Part shown: in pieces, positions 63,201 through 64,000 of the stretch
Position numbering within the stretch: the stretch's first letter is position 1
Layout of the letters: each line of letters starts with the position of its first letter
DNA from: Macrostomum lignano
Lineage: Eukaryota
DNA: 64,000 nt
Reading direction: 5' to 3'
Assembly: GCA_002269645.1 (NCBI GenBank)
Contig: NIVC01000262.1
Span: 310,001 to 374,000, forward strand
Position numbers and translations under genes: made by a program
Notes under the pieces: model-generated
What the model saw: only the letters and a program-made list of their open reading frames with translations
What the model was told of the DNA's origin: nothing
Database searches by the model: none

Positions 63201-63490
63201 TTCTTGGGTTTCAGCGATTCAACGAACTCATCCAACACATTGCCAGATTTTGGCACTAGAAAGTCGATCAACGTCGACATCTGCTCGTTGTTGCGCAGAG
63301 TAGAAAATATTTCCGTGCTCTCGTCTTGGGTAATAATCTCCTTGTTCATCAGATGCTCAACCACTGTGTCCGCTTTTACATCGTTGAGCAGCTGTTCGTA
63401 GTACTTGTCGAGAATTAGGCGCTCCGCTAATACCATGCCAGTTTTGATATGAGCCCATCTATGACAGCGCGACTTGTCGCTCATGTCCAT
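60295..63490 (-). CDS. NLR-family protein: CARD - NACHT NTPase - LRR
   Basis: Exons (>=63490)-63130, 63052-62911, 62833-60295; both introns are 77 bp GTAAGT..CAG. CARD-like helices (LLNDVKADTVVEHLMNKEIIT..MSTLIDFL), Walker A GDPGTGKST (62734-62760), Walker B LLIIDG, HD1 VPLYC, WHD FGNRLIQEYLAA, and C-terminal RI-like LRRs (LRILDFSGC, LEGLILANL, IVLLDLSGI, LEKLFLRQV). Confidence 0.9.
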
Positions 63491-64000
63491 CGTCGCCTTT
63501 CCAACAACCGACTGGCGTTTTTCGTTTCCGACGTGTCCAAATCGCGCGTCTTGAGCCGTTTCTGCAGAATAGGAATCTCTTCGCGCTTCTTCTTTCGTTC
63601 TTGGTTTTCGATTTCTCTCTTCAACTGGCTGACCTCTTGGCGGTACCAGACGAGGAATTCGCCCAGAATGAAGCGCGATTCAGTCTCGTCCATGCTAGTG
63701 TCCTGCTTGTATGCGTTCATACAGTCTGCTGCACCCGAGTGTCCCAGTCGCTGGAGCTGCTCGGCAATGCGGCTAAACAGTCTGTTAGCCGCGCTCGCCT
63801 TTAAGGTCTGCAGCGAGGCGAGCTCGCGTTGAATGCCCAGTAGGCGTTGCAGCGCTGCGCCCTGGCTGTCATCGCGAGGTTCCGGATCTCCCATCCAGCC
63901 GTTTGGCTGCGGCTTCGTCACATCGCAGGTGTATTTTACTAACAGGAGCAGCAGACGCAGGTCGTAGTTGTCAGCGGACACGGAAGATTTCTCCTTCGGG
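63481..64000 (-). CDS. DZIP3/hRUL138-like HEPN domain plus coiled coil; probable N-terminal part of the NLR gene, open to window edge
   Basis: Reads SADNYDLRLLLLLVKYTCDVTKPQPNGWMGDPEPRDDSQGAALQRL...FSRIAEQLQRLG. This fits the FDITLL..LRNIC..P..GW..P..D.S..ADI.R...I..AL.RLG pattern of HEPN_DZIP3. It ends in TGA overlapping the CARD ORF in the -1 frame, with no good frame-restoring intron. Confidence 0.7.
   Translation of the reverse strand, partial: PKEKSSVSADNYDLRLLLLLVKYTCDVTKPQPNGWMGDPEPRDDSQGAALQRLLGIQRELASLQTLKASAANRLFSRIAEQLQRLGHSGAADCMNAYKQDTSMDETESRFILGEFLVWYRQEVSQLKREIENQERKKKREEIPILQKRLKTRDLDTSETKNASRLLERRRWT

Overview
This is eukaryotic genomic DNA: spliced genes with GT-AG introns, GC-rich exons and introns filled with minisatellites. 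The style resembles the free-living flatworm Macrostomum, but that is inference from composition only. Seven protein-coding loci were reconstructed by hand. (1) 5' part of MADD/DENN Rab3-GEF (minus, 8 exons, runs off the left edge). (2) An intronless DEG/ENaC channel (minus). (3) ARPC5 (plus). (4) A CEP85-like coiled-coil gene (plus). (5) BRCA2 with 4 BRC repeats and the helical domain but no OB-fold exons in the window (plus). (6) A very large (~750 aa) atypical G-protein alpha subunit (minus). (7) An NLR-type gene with DZIP3-like HEPN, coiled coil, CARD, NACHT and LRR segments, with a frame break between HEPN and CARD (minus, runs off the right edge). Also present: a decayed glycine-rich-domain pseudogene, two CORE-SINE copies, Helentron-like (HINE) fragments, a 118-nt near-perfect hairpin, CpG-free AT-rich blocks and about 29 tandem-repeat arrays. 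Most ORFs in the supplied track are repeat or antisense artefacts. No CRISPR array, rRNA or true tRNA gene was found. All coordinates and counts were made by eye.
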